From assembly GCA_037444005.1 (NCBI GenBank), contig JBBING010000007.1:1-62106 (forward strand): 62,106 bases of DNA, read 5' to 3'. Shown one piece after another: positions 38,602 to 48,446 of the stretch; positions within the stretch are counted from its first letter, which is position 1; each line of letters opens with the position of its first letter. The notes under the pieces were generated by a model that saw only the letters and a list, made by a program, of their open reading frames with translations, ran no database searches and was not told where the DNA came from. The position numbers and the translations under genes are program-made. The DNA is from Chloroflexota bacterium (GTDB lineage: Bacteria > Chloroflexota > Dehalococcoidia > DSTF01 > JACRBR01).

Positions 38602-39935
38602 GGCCAGAACAGCCGCCGCGCGGCCGCCTCCAGTTCGTCGCGAAACTTCGGGTGAGCGATGGCGATGAGCGCCTTCGCGCGCTCCCGAAGGCTCTTCCCC
38701 TGCAGGCTCGCGACGCCGTACTCCGTCACCACGAAGTCGACGTAGTTCCTGGGGATGGTGGGGACGGCGCCCTCGGGGAACTGGGGCACAATGCGGGACA
38801 CCTGCCCCTGTTGCGCCGTCGACGGGATGGCGTGAATGGAGCGGCCGCCCTCCGAATAGTTGGCGCCGACGACGAAGTCCAGACTTCCCCCGGTTCCGCT
38901 GTACGGCGTCGCGCCGAGCGTGTCGACCGCCACCTGACCCGTGAGGTCGATGGCGAGCGCGCTGTTGATGGCTACGAAGCGGTCGTGCGCCGCGATGCGG
39001 GGGACATGCGTCACGTACCCGATGTCGTACAACTCGACCGCGGGGTTGCCGTCGATCCAGGCGGCCGCGGCCTTCTGTTCCTCGGTCCCGGGCCAGAGGA
39101 TGAAGCAGGTGGCGACCATCGTGCCCGGGTGCACCGTCTTGCGCGCTCCCGTGATCACCCCCTCCTGAGCGAGCTGCACCATCTCGTGGAGGAGCAGCTC
39201 GCTGTGCACCCCGAGGTCGCGCTTGGCCTTTAGAAAGTGGAGTACGGCCTGCGACGCCACGCCCACGCCGACCTGGATACAGTCGCCGTCCTCCACCAGC
39301 TCCGCCACCAGCGCGCCGATCACGCTCGCCGCCTCAGCCTCGTCGGGAGGCACGGGCGCCATTTGCCCGGTGAGAGGCCATGGCTGTCCCTCCACGAGGC
39401 GGTCGATTTGTGAGACGTGGATGCGGTTGTCGCCGCCGGTGCGAATGAACGTCGGGTCGACTTCCGCGAGGACGGTGCGCGCATGGCGAGCCGCTGTGGG
39501 CGAATACCAGACAGTATGGCCGAAGCTGCACCAGCCTTCGTCGTCGGGAGGCGAAACTTTGACCATAAAGACGTCGGGGCGCGTGTACGCTCCCCAGCGG
39601 TCGCACCACTCCTGACGCCGCGACGTGCCGTAGCTCCACGGAACGTAGTCCAGCCATCTGCCCGCCACCGCGCCCCGCTCGAACGGCCCGATATAGATGG
39701 ACCGCGGGGCGAACGCCTCGCTGGGGGCCTGCAACCACGGATACGGATTGTTTGCGACGGCATGGAGCACCCGGACGTCGCGAAGCTCGGAGGCTCGGCG
39801 CCCCAGAGCCTGCCCGAGCGCGATGGGCTCGCCCCCGGAGCCGAGAGCGAACACCACGAGGTCGCCCGACCGCACCAGTTCCACCGCCTCATCGGGAGTC
39901 GCTAGCTTGTCCCGGTATCGCTCCTGCCAGGTCAT
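38598..39935 (-). CDS. Acetyl-CoA hydrolase / 4-hydroxybutyrate CoA-transferase family
   Basis: SPPD..G.CSFG, IQVGVG, LGVHSE, DLTGQV, GTGG..DF, VVTEYGVA, IAHPKFR. Confidence 0.88.
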   Translation of the reverse strand: MTWQERYRDKLATPDEAVELVRSGDLVVFALGSGGEPIALGQALGRRASELRDVRVLHAVANNPYPWLQAPSEAFAPRSIYIGPFERGAVAGRWLDYVPWSYGTSRRQEWCDRWGAYTRPDVFMVKVSPPDDEGWCSFGHTVWYSPTAARHARTVLAEVDPTFIRTGGDNRIHVSQIDRLVEGQPWPLTGQMAPVPPDEAEAASVIGALVAELVEDGDCIQVGVGVASQAVLHFLKAKRDLGVHSELLLHEMVQLAQEGVITGARKTVHPGTMVATCFILWPGTEEQKAAAAWIDGNPAVELYDIGYVTHVPRIAAHDRFVAINSALAIDLTGQVAVDTLGATPYSGTGGSLDFVVGANYSEGGRSIHAIPSTAQQGQVSRIVPQFPEGAVPTIPRNYVDFVVTEYGVASLQGKSLRERAKALIAIAHPKFRDELEAAARRLFWP

Positions 39936-40984
39936 GTCAGCGCCTCCAAAAACCGCCGCCGAATCTCGCGGGGGAAGTTCACCATGCGAAATTCTGAGAT
40001 GACAGCTTTGCCGAACAGCTCGATGGCGCCCCTGAGCCATTCGGCCGTTAGGCCCGGCAACGCCATGTGGCAAATGAGGTAGTTGATCCCCAACTCGTCG
40101 CGGTAGCGCCGGATGCGCTCGATGCAGGTGTCCACGTCGCCGACGATAGCCCAGTCCTCGATGGCTCCTTCTACGGCCTCCTCAACGGAACGGCCGCCGG
40201 GCGCGGGGTTCCGCTCGTAGTGCGCGCGCAGGGCGAGCGCGGCGCGCGACGCCGCCTCCTCCCGGGTGCGGGCGACGACAACGTGACGGCACAGCGCGAC
40301 GATGTCCGACGGTCGCGGGCGACGCCGGGCGCGGTACGCGGCGACAATGGGCTGCAGCGCCGAGAGGGAGAGATCCGCGGGTAGCAGCAGGCCTGCGTCG
40401 GCGTCCGCCGCGAGGCCAGCAAGGTCGCGACCCTCCGCGAGCGCCCAGAGGGGAATCGTCGGCTGGGCGGGCTTCGGCGTGAACGAGACCTCGCGCTGTC
40501 CGTGTGTGAATTCGTTCTGCGGGAGGCGGGCTGGAACCCGGAAGCGTTCGCCCTCGAACGAGAAGGGCTGCGGCGCCCACGCGCGCTGCAGGATCTCCAG
40601 GCTCTCGCGGAAGCGGATCTCGCGGTCAGCGGGCGCCACGCCGTAGCCAGACCACGCATCGTCGTCGGGCCAGCGGGCGGCCAGGATCAGCCGGCCCGCG
40701 CTGAGGTTGTCGAGCGTTGCGGCGTCCTCCGCGATGTACGCGGGGTGGGTGAGCCCAACGTCGCACAGCACGCCGATCCGCACCCCGATCGTCCGGACGG
40801 CGACGGCGCCCGCGAGAGGGAAGGACGCGCCGCACGCACCGTACCCGGAGAAATGGCGCTCCGACACCCAGACGGAATCGAACGCGCACGCCTCGGCCTG
40901 AGCGGCGTCGTCGAGCGCGCGCAGGAACGCGTCGCGGCCGCCGTCGGCGGTGGCCGGAACGTAAGGACCCAAGCTGAACTTCAT
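39932..40984 (-). CDS. Luciferase-like (LLM) flavin/F420-dependent oxidoreductase
   Basis: FDSVWVSERHF, HP..IAEDAATLDNLSAGRL, PKP.Q; ATGA-coupled. Confidence 0.85.
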   Translation of the reverse strand: MKFSLGPYVPATADGGRDAFLRALDDAAQAEACAFDSVWVSERHFSGYGACGASFPLAGAVAVRTIGVRIGVLCDVGLTHPAYIAEDAATLDNLSAGRLILAARWPDDDAWSGYGVAPADREIRFRESLEILQRAWAPQPFSFEGERFRVPARLPQNEFTHGQREVSFTPKPAQPTIPLWALAEGRDLAGLAADADAGLLLPADLSLSALQPIVAAYRARRRPRPSDIVALCRHVVVARTREEAASRAALALRAHYERNPAPGGRSVEEAVEGAIEDWAIVGDVDTCIERIRRYRDELGINYLICHMALPGLTAEWLRGAIELFGKAVISEFRMVNFPREIRRRFLEALT

Positions 40985-42030
40985 GCGTCGCCTCCGTTGT
41001 GGCGCAGCGCGGGAAGCACTTCGCGCGCGATGAGCTCGAGGCAGCGCCGCATCTCCCGGCGTGGCGCTCCGTCGAACCGCACGCGAAGCATGAGGTGCGG
41101 GGTCACTCCGGGCGGGCACCGGTCGAGGCGCTCCTGCAACCGGCGCACGGCGGTATCCGGCGTCCCGGCGATGACCGCGTTCACCGCGTTCGCCGAGATG
41201 GCGTCCAGAAGCTGCGGTTGGTCGAAGAACACCTGCTTCCCCGTGGCGGGATGGGTGAAGAACCCCCACCCTCCGATCTGGTCGTAGTAGAGATACCGGG
41301 CGATGGGGAGGAGATACCGTTTCGCCTCCTCCTCGTCGTCCTGCACCCACACGTCGCCGCCGATGGTCATCTTCACACCGGTCAGGTCGACGTTGGCCTT
41401 CCGCGCTTCGTCTGTGTACGCGGGCCACAGGTCGGGTGACGCGCCCATCAGGTGCAGGCCACGCCGGCCGGCCCGGCGGACGACCGCCTCCGCCCACCCG
41501 CCCATCCAGATGGGGATGGGGCGCTGGATGGGCTTGGGCGACACGCGGACGTCCTCGTACCGGTAGAAACGGCCGTGATACGAGAACCGCTCCTCGGTCC
41601 ATGCCAGGCGCAGGATGTCGAGCATCTCCTCCATGCGGGCGCCGCGCTCCGATCGGGGGATACCGACGGTGTCGTACTCGATGTCGCGGTACCCCACGCT
41701 GACCCCGAGGTCGAGCCGGCCGCCGGAAAGCACGTCCACCACCGCGGCCGCTTCGGCGACGCGCAGGGGGTCGTGCTGAGGCAACAAGAGCGCGCTCGTG
41801 CCGATACGGATGCGCTCGGTCGCCGCCGCGAGTGCGCCCGCGACCGCCAGCAGCGAGGGGACGTATCCGTCGTACCAGACGTGATGCTCCGTGAGCCACA
41901 GCGTGTCGAATCCCAGCTCCTCGGCCCAGCGAACCTCCTCGAGGAGCTCACGGTAGAGCGCCACGTGATGTTGGGGATGGAACAGGTACGCCTGCATGCC
42001 CCACAGGCCAAGGCCGCATTCGACGCTCAC
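40981..42030 (-). CDS. Luciferase-like (LLM) flavin/F420-dependent oxidoreductase
   Basis: GFDTLWLTEHH, TERIRIGT, PLRVAE...DVLSGGRLDLG; GTGA-coupled. Confidence 0.9.
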   Translation of the reverse strand: MSVECGLGLWGMQAYLFHPQHHVALYRELLEEVRWAEELGFDTLWLTEHHVWYDGYVPSLLAVAGALAAATERIRIGTSALLLPQHDPLRVAEAAAVVDVLSGGRLDLGVSVGYRDIEYDTVGIPRSERGARMEEMLDILRLAWTEERFSYHGRFYRYEDVRVSPKPIQRPIPIWMGGWAEAVVRRAGRRGLHLMGASPDLWPAYTDEARKANVDLTGVKMTIGGDVWVQDDEEEAKRYLLPIARYLYYDQIGGWGFFTHPATGKQVFFDQPQLLDAISANAVNAVIAGTPDTAVRRLQERLDRCPPGVTPHLMLRVRFDGAPRREMRRCLELIAREVLPALRHNGGDA

Positions 42031-44057
42031 AGCTTCCTCCCCGTGATCTCGCCGTCCCAGATGGCGTGCTCGACCAGGCGCGGGGCCAGCGCGTCGCCGA
42101 CGCGGTACAGCTCCGGCACACGTCCCTTCAGGTCCTGGTACAGCCCGTCGTTCGCTCGACGCCCGGTCACCCACACGACGGCGTCGACGCCTTCGATCCG
42201 CTGTTCGGTACGAAGGCGGAGGTGCATCGTGCGGACGGCGTCCCGTTCGACGGCCAGGACCTCCGTCATGGTCAACACGGTGGCGCCCTTCAGATAGAGC
42301 TGCGGGATGGCGACCATGAGCTCCATGGGTTCGATGCCGGCGCCCACCGTCATCGCCGGCGTGACGACGGTGACACGGCACCCGCGCTCGGCCGCGTAGA
42401 GCGCCGCACCCAGACCCCGCCAGTGCCCGTCCTGATCGACGACGACCACGTGCCCCTGGAGAGGCGCGCCCTCTCCGAGCAGTTGCCACACGGTGTAAAC
42501 GTTCGGCCCGTCGGCGCCCGGCGGCGCAACTTCTTCCAGACGTGACGGGGAGAAGAAGGTGCGAGTGGGGACGCAGCCGGTGGCGACGACGACGGCGTCG
42601 GGCGCCTCGCGGAGCACGTCCTCCACGCCTACGTCCCGCCCGGTCACGATGGGAACCTCGAGCTTCCGCAGCTGGACCGCGAGGTACCGGATGACCTCCT
42701 CCCACTCCGACCGCCCGGGCAGCATGGCGGCGAGGCGGACCTGTCCGCCGATCTCGCGCTGGCGCTCGTAGACCGTGACCCTGTGGCCGCGGCGGGCTGC
42801 CATTTCCGCCGCTTTCAGGCCGGCCGGGCCGGCCCCGATGACCATGACCCGCTTCCGGCGTATGGCGGGCTTCAGGGTCCCGATGCCCAGCCATTGCTCA
42901 CGCCCGGCCGCGGGGTTGTGCACGCAACTGATGGGAAGATTCTGGCGGAGGCGACCGACGCACGCCTGCAGACACCCGATGCAATGGCGGATGTCGTCGA
43001 GCCGGCCTTCGCGAGCTTTGAGCGGGAGCTCGGGATCGGCGATGAGGGCCCTGGCCATGCCCACCATGTCCGCCTGCCCTGCCGCCACGATGCGGTCGGC
43101 GTGCACGGGATCGGTGATCCTGCCGACGCAAAACACGGGAATATCGACCGCCTGCTTGACCGCGGCCGCGAGGTCCACAAAGAGCCCCGGGGCGAACGCC
43201 ATCGGAGGCGTGATCATCGGGCCGACGCTCCAGTACGCGCCCGCGCTCACGTCGATCCAGTCCAGCAGGCCGCTGTCGGCGAACCGCCGCGCGATGGCGA
43301 CGGTGTCTTCGATCACGAGGCCGCCGGGCGCGTACTCGTCCGCGGTGATGCGGATCCCGACGGGGAAGTCGGGACCGACAGCCGAGCGCACCGCGTCGGC
43401 CACCTCCAGCGGAAAGCGACAGCGGTTCTCGAGGCTTCCGCCGTAACGGTCGGTGCGGCGATTGCTGATCGGCGAAAGGAACTGCCCGAGAAGGTAACTG
43501 TGAGCGGCGTGAATTTCGATCCCGTCCAGGCCGCCCGCCTTCATGTGCTCCGCTGACCGGACGAAGCCCTCGAGGACGGCCGCGAAGTCCTCCGTCTCCA
43601 TCTCCCGGGGGATGCCGTACAGGCCGAGTCCAGGGATGACCGACGGGGCCAGCACGTCGTGATAGTGGTCGATTTGGTCTCCCGCGGTGTGCATGCCGAC
43701 GTGGCAGAGCTGACCGAAGATGAGGGTGCCCGTGCCTTTGCTGTGGACCATGTCGGCGATGAGCCGGTAGCGCTCGACCGCCTCGGGGCGATACGCGTGG
43801 GCGAGATTGACGATGCCCCCCGTCGAGGTGGGGTGCACCATCTGGTACTCCATGATGAGGAGCCCGGCGCCGCCAGCCGCGCGCTCGGCGTGGTAGTAGG
43901 CGTTCCGGAGGCTGGGCAAGGCGTAACTCCCTCCGTCGAGGGGATCCCCCGGCACGTAGTCCTCGAAGCCTTTGGCGTGCGCGGTCTGCAGGATGCGGTT
44001 CGGGACCGTGACGCTGTTGAGCCGGAGGGGCTGGAACAGGTGGCGAAGGGCGGTCAT
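42027..44057 (-). CDS. FadH/Old Yellow Enzyme family NADH:flavin oxidoreductase with Fe-S and FAD domains
   Basis: ERAAGGAGL, EIHAAHSYL..QFLSP..N.R.D.YGG, CIGCLQAC...C, GAGPAG. Confidence 0.9.
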   Translation of the reverse strand: MTALRHLFQPLRLNSVTVPNRILQTAHAKGFEDYVPGDPLDGGSYALPSLRNAYYHAERAAGGAGLLIMEYQMVHPTSTGGIVNLAHAYRPEAVERYRLIADMVHSKGTGTLIFGQLCHVGMHTAGDQIDHYHDVLAPSVIPGLGLYGIPREMETEDFAAVLEGFVRSAEHMKAGGLDGIEIHAAHSYLLGQFLSPISNRRTDRYGGSLENRCRFPLEVADAVRSAVGPDFPVGIRITADEYAPGGLVIEDTVAIARRFADSGLLDWIDVSAGAYWSVGPMITPPMAFAPGLFVDLAAAVKQAVDIPVFCVGRITDPVHADRIVAAGQADMVGMARALIADPELPLKAREGRLDDIRHCIGCLQACVGRLRQNLPISCVHNPAAGREQWLGIGTLKPAIRRKRVMVIGAGPAGLKAAEMAARRGHRVTVYERQREIGGQVRLAAMLPGRSEWEEVIRYLAVQLRKLEVPIVTGRDVGVEDVLREAPDAVVVATGCVPTRTFFSPSRLEEVAPPGADGPNVYTVWQLLGEGAPLQGHVVVVDQDGHWRGLGAALYAAERGCRVTVVTPAMTVGAGIEPMELMVAIPQLYLKGATVLTMTEVLAVERDAVRTMHLRLRTEQRIEGVDAVVWVTGRRANDGLYQDLKGRVPELYRVGDALAPRLVEHAIWDGEITGRKL

Positions 44058-44067
44058 GATGGCTCTC

Positions 44068-44085
44068 CTACCGAACGGACGGTAG
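44068..44085. promoter_or_regulatory. Palindromic operator between the divergent OYE and acyl-CoA dehydrogenase genes
   Basis: CTACCG-AACGGA-CGGTAG; the core GAACGGACGGTA recurs at 49464-49453 (minus strand). Confidence 0.7.
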
Positions 44086-44092
44086 AATTCTC

Positions 44093-44121
44093 TTGACGGC
44101 GTGCCCCCGCGCGCGTAGACT
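44093..44121 (+). promoter_or_regulatory. Promoter of the acyl-CoA dehydrogenase gene
   Basis: TTGACG-N17-TAGACT; the same hexamers occur at 49661-49689. Confidence 0.7.
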
Positions 44122-44164
44122 CCGCTCCGGTCGCCACCACGATTTCCGCCGAAGGAGGCTCACC

Positions 44165-45319
44165 GTGGAATTCCGTCTCTCCCCTGAACAGGAGGCCTTT
44201 CGCGAGGAGGTCCGCCAGTTCATCCGCGAACACTGGCTCCCCTTCGTCGACGCCCGCGACGTCGACCCCGAAGGTTCCTGGCCACGCATCCGCGCCTTCA
44301 CCCGGAAACTCGCCGAGCGCGGCTGGCTGACCATGGCCTGGCCCGAGGAATTCGGCGGACGCGGCGCCGGACATCTCACGCAGCTCGTCTACAACGAGGA
44401 GATGGCGTATCACGGTGCCCCGGCCACGACTCAGGGCGTGGACCGCGTGGGGCCGACCATCATGCTCCACGGCTCCGAAGAGCAGAAGCGCCGCTTCCTC
44501 CCGCTCATCGCGCGCGACGAGATCGTCTGGTGCCAGGCCTTCTCCGAGCCGGAAGCTGGCTCCGACCTGGCGTCGCTCCGGACCCGGGCCGTGCAAGACG
44601 GGGACGACTTCATCATCGACGGCCAGAAGATCTGGACGTCGTACGCGCATCACGCCGACTGGTGCATCTTGCTCGCGAGGACCGACCCAGATGCGCCGAA
44701 GCACCGGGGCATCAGCTATTTCCTCGTGGACATGCGGTCTCCTGGCATCACGATCCGGCCGCTGCTGAACCTGGCCGGCGGACACACGTTCAACGCCGTC
44801 TTCTTCGACCGCGTTCGCGTCCCCCGGGAGAACCTGGTCGGGGAGTTGAACCGGGGCTGGTACGTCGCCACGACGACGCTCGACTTCGAGCGCTCGGGGA
44901 TTCGCATGGTGATGCCCGCGGTCCGGGCCGTGGACGAGCTCGCCAGCGCCGCCCGCGCCTTGCGCGGCCGCACCCCTCACTGGGCGCCGATCCGCCTGGC
45001 GGAACTGAAGATCGAGGTCGAGGTCGCCCGGCTGCTCTCGTACCGCGTGGCCTGGCTCCAGAGCCAGGGCCTGGTCCCGAATTACGAAGCGTCCATCGCC
45101 AAGCTTTTCGGCACGGAGCTCCAGCAGCGGGTCGCCAACGCCGCGGTCCATCTGCTCCATGCGGCCGGCCAGTTTCGGCCGTCCGCCCCGTACCACGCGC
45201 TCGCTCGCCGGATGGAAAGCTATTACCTGCACGCCGTCGCCCTCACCATCGCCGCCGGCACCTCGGAGGTGCAGCGGAGCATCATCGCGATTCGCGGCCT
45301 CGGGCTGCCCCGAACCTGA
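44165..45319 (+). CDS. Acyl-CoA dehydrogenase (FadE-like)
   Basis: WPEEFGG, WCQAFSEPEAGSDLASL, GQKIWTS, TIAAGTSEVQR. Confidence 0.93.
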   Translation: MEFRLSPEQEAFREEVRQFIREHWLPFVDARDVDPEGSWPRIRAFTRKLAERGWLTMAWPEEFGGRGAGHLTQLVYNEEMAYHGAPATTQGVDRVGPTIMLHGSEEQKRRFLPLIARDEIVWCQAFSEPEAGSDLASLRTRAVQDGDDFIIDGQKIWTSYAHHADWCILLARTDPDAPKHRGISYFLVDMRSPGITIRPLLNLAGGHTFNAVFFDRVRVPRENLVGELNRGWYVATTTLDFERSGIRMVMPAVRAVDELASAARALRGRTPHWAPIRLAELKIEVEVARLLSYRVAWLQSQGLVPNYEASIAKLFGTELQQRVANAAVHLLHAAGQFRPSAPYHALARRMESYYLHAVALTIAAGTSEVQRSIIAIRGLGLPRT

Positions 45320-45326
45320 GCCGCGC

Positions 45327-46349
45327 TCAGCTCGCGGCCGCCTCCTTCTTCGGGCGGCCAGGCACGTCGACGTCGTCCCCGGGCGGCGCCGGGTTGGTGA
45401 CGCCCGTCATCAGATGCCGGGGCACCATGCGGGCGAGCTCCGAGGGCGTCCACATCCCCTGCTTCACCACCGTTCGCACGGGAAGCTCCGTTCCCGCGAT
45501 GGACACCTCGCTTCCCTGCACCCAGAACACCTGGCCGTTGATGTTCCAGGCCTGGTCGCTCGCGAGAAACACCACGAGCGGAGCGACGTGTTCCGGCGCG
45601 AACGGATGGACCCCTTCACCGGCTCCCCCGCCGGGTTGGGCGCCGGCCGCCGCTCCCCCGGATGCGCCCGTGACGTTGCCGAGGCTGGTCGGCGCCGCGA
45701 TCCCCCGTTCGCGCCGACGTTGCAGCGCCTCGGGGCTCACGGTCGCCGTCATTCGCGTGAGGGCCGCCGGGGCGACCGCGTTGCACGTGACGCCGTAGCG
45801 CCCGAGGTCGCGGGCCACCGCGCGCGTGAAGCCGGCGATGCCCGCCTTGGCCGCGGCGTAGTTCGCCTGCCCCGACGAGCCTCGAAGCCCCGCGCCCGAT
45901 GTGAAGTTGATGATGCGTCCGTACCGCTGCTGGCGCATCAGCACCGACGCCGGCTTCGTGCACGCGAAATGCCCCTTCAGGTGGACCGCGATGACCGCAT
46001 CCCACTCTTCCTCGGTCATGTTGAAGATCATCCGGTCCCGCAGGATGCCCGCGTTGTTCACCAGGATGTCGATGCGGCCCCAGGTGTCCACCGCCTTGCG
46101 AATGATGTTTTCCCCGCCCTCCATCGTGGCCACGGAGTCGTAGCTGGCGACCGCCTCGCCACCCGCGGCGCGGATCTCCTCCACCACCTGGTCCGCCGGG
46201 CCGTTGTCGTGCCCCGTGCCGTCCACGTTCACCCCGGCGTCGTTGACCACGACCTTCGCCCCTTCGCGGGCGAAGAGCAGCGCGATGCTGCGGCCGATGC
46301 CCCGGCCCGCCCCGGTCACCACTGCAATTCGTCCGTCGAGCATTCCCAT
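45327..46349 (-). CDS. Short-chain dehydrogenase (3-hydroxyacyl-CoA / MFE-2-like)
   Basis: TGAGRGIG, NNAGILRD, YAAAK. Confidence 0.9.
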   Translation of the reverse strand: MGMLDGRIAVVTGAGRGIGRSIALLFAREGAKVVVNDAGVNVDGTGHDNGPADQVVEEIRAAGGEAVASYDSVATMEGGENIIRKAVDTWGRIDILVNNAGILRDRMIFNMTEEEWDAVIAVHLKGHFACTKPASVLMRQQRYGRIINFTSGAGLRGSSGQANYAAAKAGIAGFTRAVARDLGRYGVTCNAVAPAALTRMTATVSPEALQRRRERGIAAPTSLGNVTGASGGAAAGAQPGGGAGEGVHPFAPEHVAPLVVFLASDQAWNINGQVFWVQGSEVSIAGTELPVRTVVKQGMWTPSELARMVPRHLMTGVTNPAPPGDDVDVPGRPKKEAAAS

Positions 46350-46366
46350 AGCTGCGCTCCCCGTCC

Positions 46367-46837
46367 TCAGTAGCGAATCAATGTGAGCCTGCTCCGGGCG
46401 ACGAGCTCCCCGAGCTGATTCCGGTAGTCGGTTTCCAATGTGAGGAAGATCATGGGGCCGGCGCGGCCCTGCCGCTCCGAGATGTCTTTGATGCGCGTCA
46501 CGCAGGTGAGGACGTCCTCGGCGCAGACGACGCCGTAATATTCGAACTCGTTGCCGCCGGCGAGCCGGCGCTTCACCGGCAGCGTCGGAAGACGCAACGG
46601 GATGCCCGTGTCGCCGGGCTTCCACGGTCCATGACCGAAGAACCCCGGCGGCGCCACGATGCTGCGGTAGCCCTTCGACTTCGCGTACTCCTCGTCGTAG
46701 AACAAGGGATCGGTGTAGCCCACCGCCCGCGCAAAGAGACGGACGGCGGTCCTGTCGACCTCCATCGTGTAGGGGGGAGATTCCCGCCCGATGTACGAAC
46801 GGATCTCGTCGGTCAACAGGGATGCGGTCTGCTCCAC
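46367..46837 (-). CDS. MaoC-family (hot-dog) dehydratase subunit
   Basis: FARAVG.TDPL.YD...A.......APP.F; EFEY; G.M.F. Confidence 0.85.
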   Translation of the reverse strand: MEQTASLLTDEIRSYIGRESPPYTMEVDRTAVRLFARAVGYTDPLFYDEEYAKSKGYRSIVAPPGFFGHGPWKPGDTGIPLRLPTLPVKRRLAGGNEFEYYGVVCAEDVLTCVTRIKDISERQGRAGPMIFLTLETDYRNQLGELVARSRLTLIRY

Positions 46838-46848
46838 GGTTCCCCCTT

Positions 46849-48012
46849 TCAGTCCACGCCCAGAATGAGCGTTCCGCACGACGAGAGCGTCCCTCCCACG
46901 CCGTTGACACAGGCGAGCCGCGCGTCTGGGACCTGGCGTTCCCCGCACTCGCCCCGAAGCTGTCTGACGGCCTCGATGATGAGGAACATGCCGAACATGC
47001 CCGGATGGGTGTAGGAGAGACCACCGCCGCTGGTGTTCACGGGCAGCGCTCCGCCCGGCGCCGTGCGCTGTCCCGACACGAAGGCGCCGCCTTCGCCCTT
47101 CTTGCAGAAGCCGAGGTCCTCGAGGGCCACCAGCACCGTGTACGTGAAGGAGTCGTACGTCTCCACTACATCGATGTCCTCGGGCCGGACGCCAGCCATG
47201 CCGAACGCCTCCGGACCCGTGTATTTCGCCGGCGTCTCCGTGAGGTCGGGCATCGAGAAGACGGAGAAGTGGGTGTGGGATTCGGCCGCGCCCAGGAGCC
47301 AGACCGGCTTTTTGCGGCAGTCCCGGGCCCGGTCGGGGCCGACGACGACGCAGGCGCCGCCGGCGTCCGTCACCAGGCAGCAGTCGAGCTTGTGGAACGG
47401 CCACGAGATCCACGGCGAGCGCAACACATCGTCGATCGTGATGGGGTCGCGCATCAGCGCCTTCGGGTTGCGTTGGGCCCACTTGCGGGTGGCGACTGCG
47501 ATCTCGGCGAGCTGTTCGTGCGTGGTGCCGTACTGGTGCATATGCCGCTGGCACGCCATGGCGTACACGCTGGGCGCGGCCCCGGCGCCGTGCGGTCCCT
47601 CGAACTGAGACGCCGGGTACCAGGGATTGATGTAGGTCCAGCGGCGCTGAGGTCCGGCCCGCCGGCGGTCGGAATATCCGGTCTGGCCGTGGGTGATGAG
47701 CGCCACGTTGCACAGCCCGGCGGCGATGGCGGCCGCCGCATGCTGCACATGGAACTCGAACGACGAACCGCCGACCTGGGTGCTGTCGGCGTAGCGCGGG
47801 CGGATGCCCAGGTACTCGCACACCAGCACCGTGTCCATCACGCCGGTCCCGGCGGTGAAGAATCCGTCCACCTCCGACCGGTCGATGCCCGCGTCGTCGA
47901 GGGCGTTGCGCGCGGCCTCGGCGTGGAGCTGCAGCGACGATTTGTCGGGAACGATGCCGATCTCGTCGGCCTCGGCCACCCCCACGATGGCCGCCTTCCG
48001 GTACAGCGTCAT
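46849..48012 (-). CDS. Thiolase-fold protein (SCP2/Ltp2-like), lacking the canonical nucleophilic Cys
   Basis: QVGGSS in place of the C-A-S motif; DCCLVTDAG, YDSFT, NTSGGGLSYTHPG. Confidence 0.85.
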   Translation of the reverse strand: MTLYRKAAIVGVAEADEIGIVPDKSSLQLHAEAARNALDDAGIDRSEVDGFFTAGTGVMDTVLVCEYLGIRPRYADSTQVGGSSFEFHVQHAAAAIAAGLCNVALITHGQTGYSDRRRAGPQRRWTYINPWYPASQFEGPHGAGAAPSVYAMACQRHMHQYGTTHEQLAEIAVATRKWAQRNPKALMRDPITIDDVLRSPWISWPFHKLDCCLVTDAGGACVVVGPDRARDCRKKPVWLLGAAESHTHFSVFSMPDLTETPAKYTGPEAFGMAGVRPEDIDVVETYDSFTYTVLVALEDLGFCKKGEGGAFVSGQRTAPGGALPVNTSGGGLSYTHPGMFGMFLIIEAVRQLRGECGERQVPDARLACVNGVGGTLSSCGTLILGVD

Positions 48013-48446
48013 GGCGAGACCTCCGGCGGCGACGTCGCGCTGCCGACGGGGCGGAATTTGGGCAGCGTGACCTCCTCGTTCACGTCCTCGAACACCACCT
48101 CGACGGGCATGCCGGAGCGGATGCGCGCAGGGTCGGGCTCGACACCGACGAGGTGCGTGAAGAGCCGCGGTCCTTCCTCGAGCTCGATGATCGCCGTGAC
48201 GTACGGAACGTCCTCGACCCACACGGGATTCGTCGCCCGGTAGTGGACGGCGAACGCATGGATCACGCCGCGGCCGCTCACCCGGCGCCAGTTCACCTCC
48301 CACGTAAAGCAGTGGGGACAGAACGGGCGCGGGTAGAAGAAGAACCGCTGACAACGGCCGCAGTACGGGAGCCAGAGCTCGTGGCGGCGGCACCCCTCCC
48401 AGAACGGCCTGGCCTCGGGCATCGGGGGCGGTACTGGCTTAGCCAT
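48009..48446 (-). CDS. DUF35 Zn-ribbon/OB-fold acyl-CoA-binding protein
   Basis: PFWEG, CGRC, YPRPFCPHC, LEEGPR, GMPVEV.F. Confidence 0.92.
   Translation of the reverse strand: MAKPVPPPMPEARPFWEGCRRHELWLPYCGRCQRFFFYPRPFCPHCFTWEVNWRRVSGRGVIHAFAVHYRATNPVWVEDVPYVTAIIELEEGPRLFTHLVGVEPDPARIRSGMPVEVVFEDVNEEVTLPKFRPVGSATSPPEVSP

Noticed and set aside
39932-42894. Apparent 655 aa and 637 aa LLM fusion proteins in the ORF track
   Set aside because: The N-terminal halves are off-frame overlaps of upstream genes; the real starts are at the ATGA/GTGA junctions (40984, 42030)
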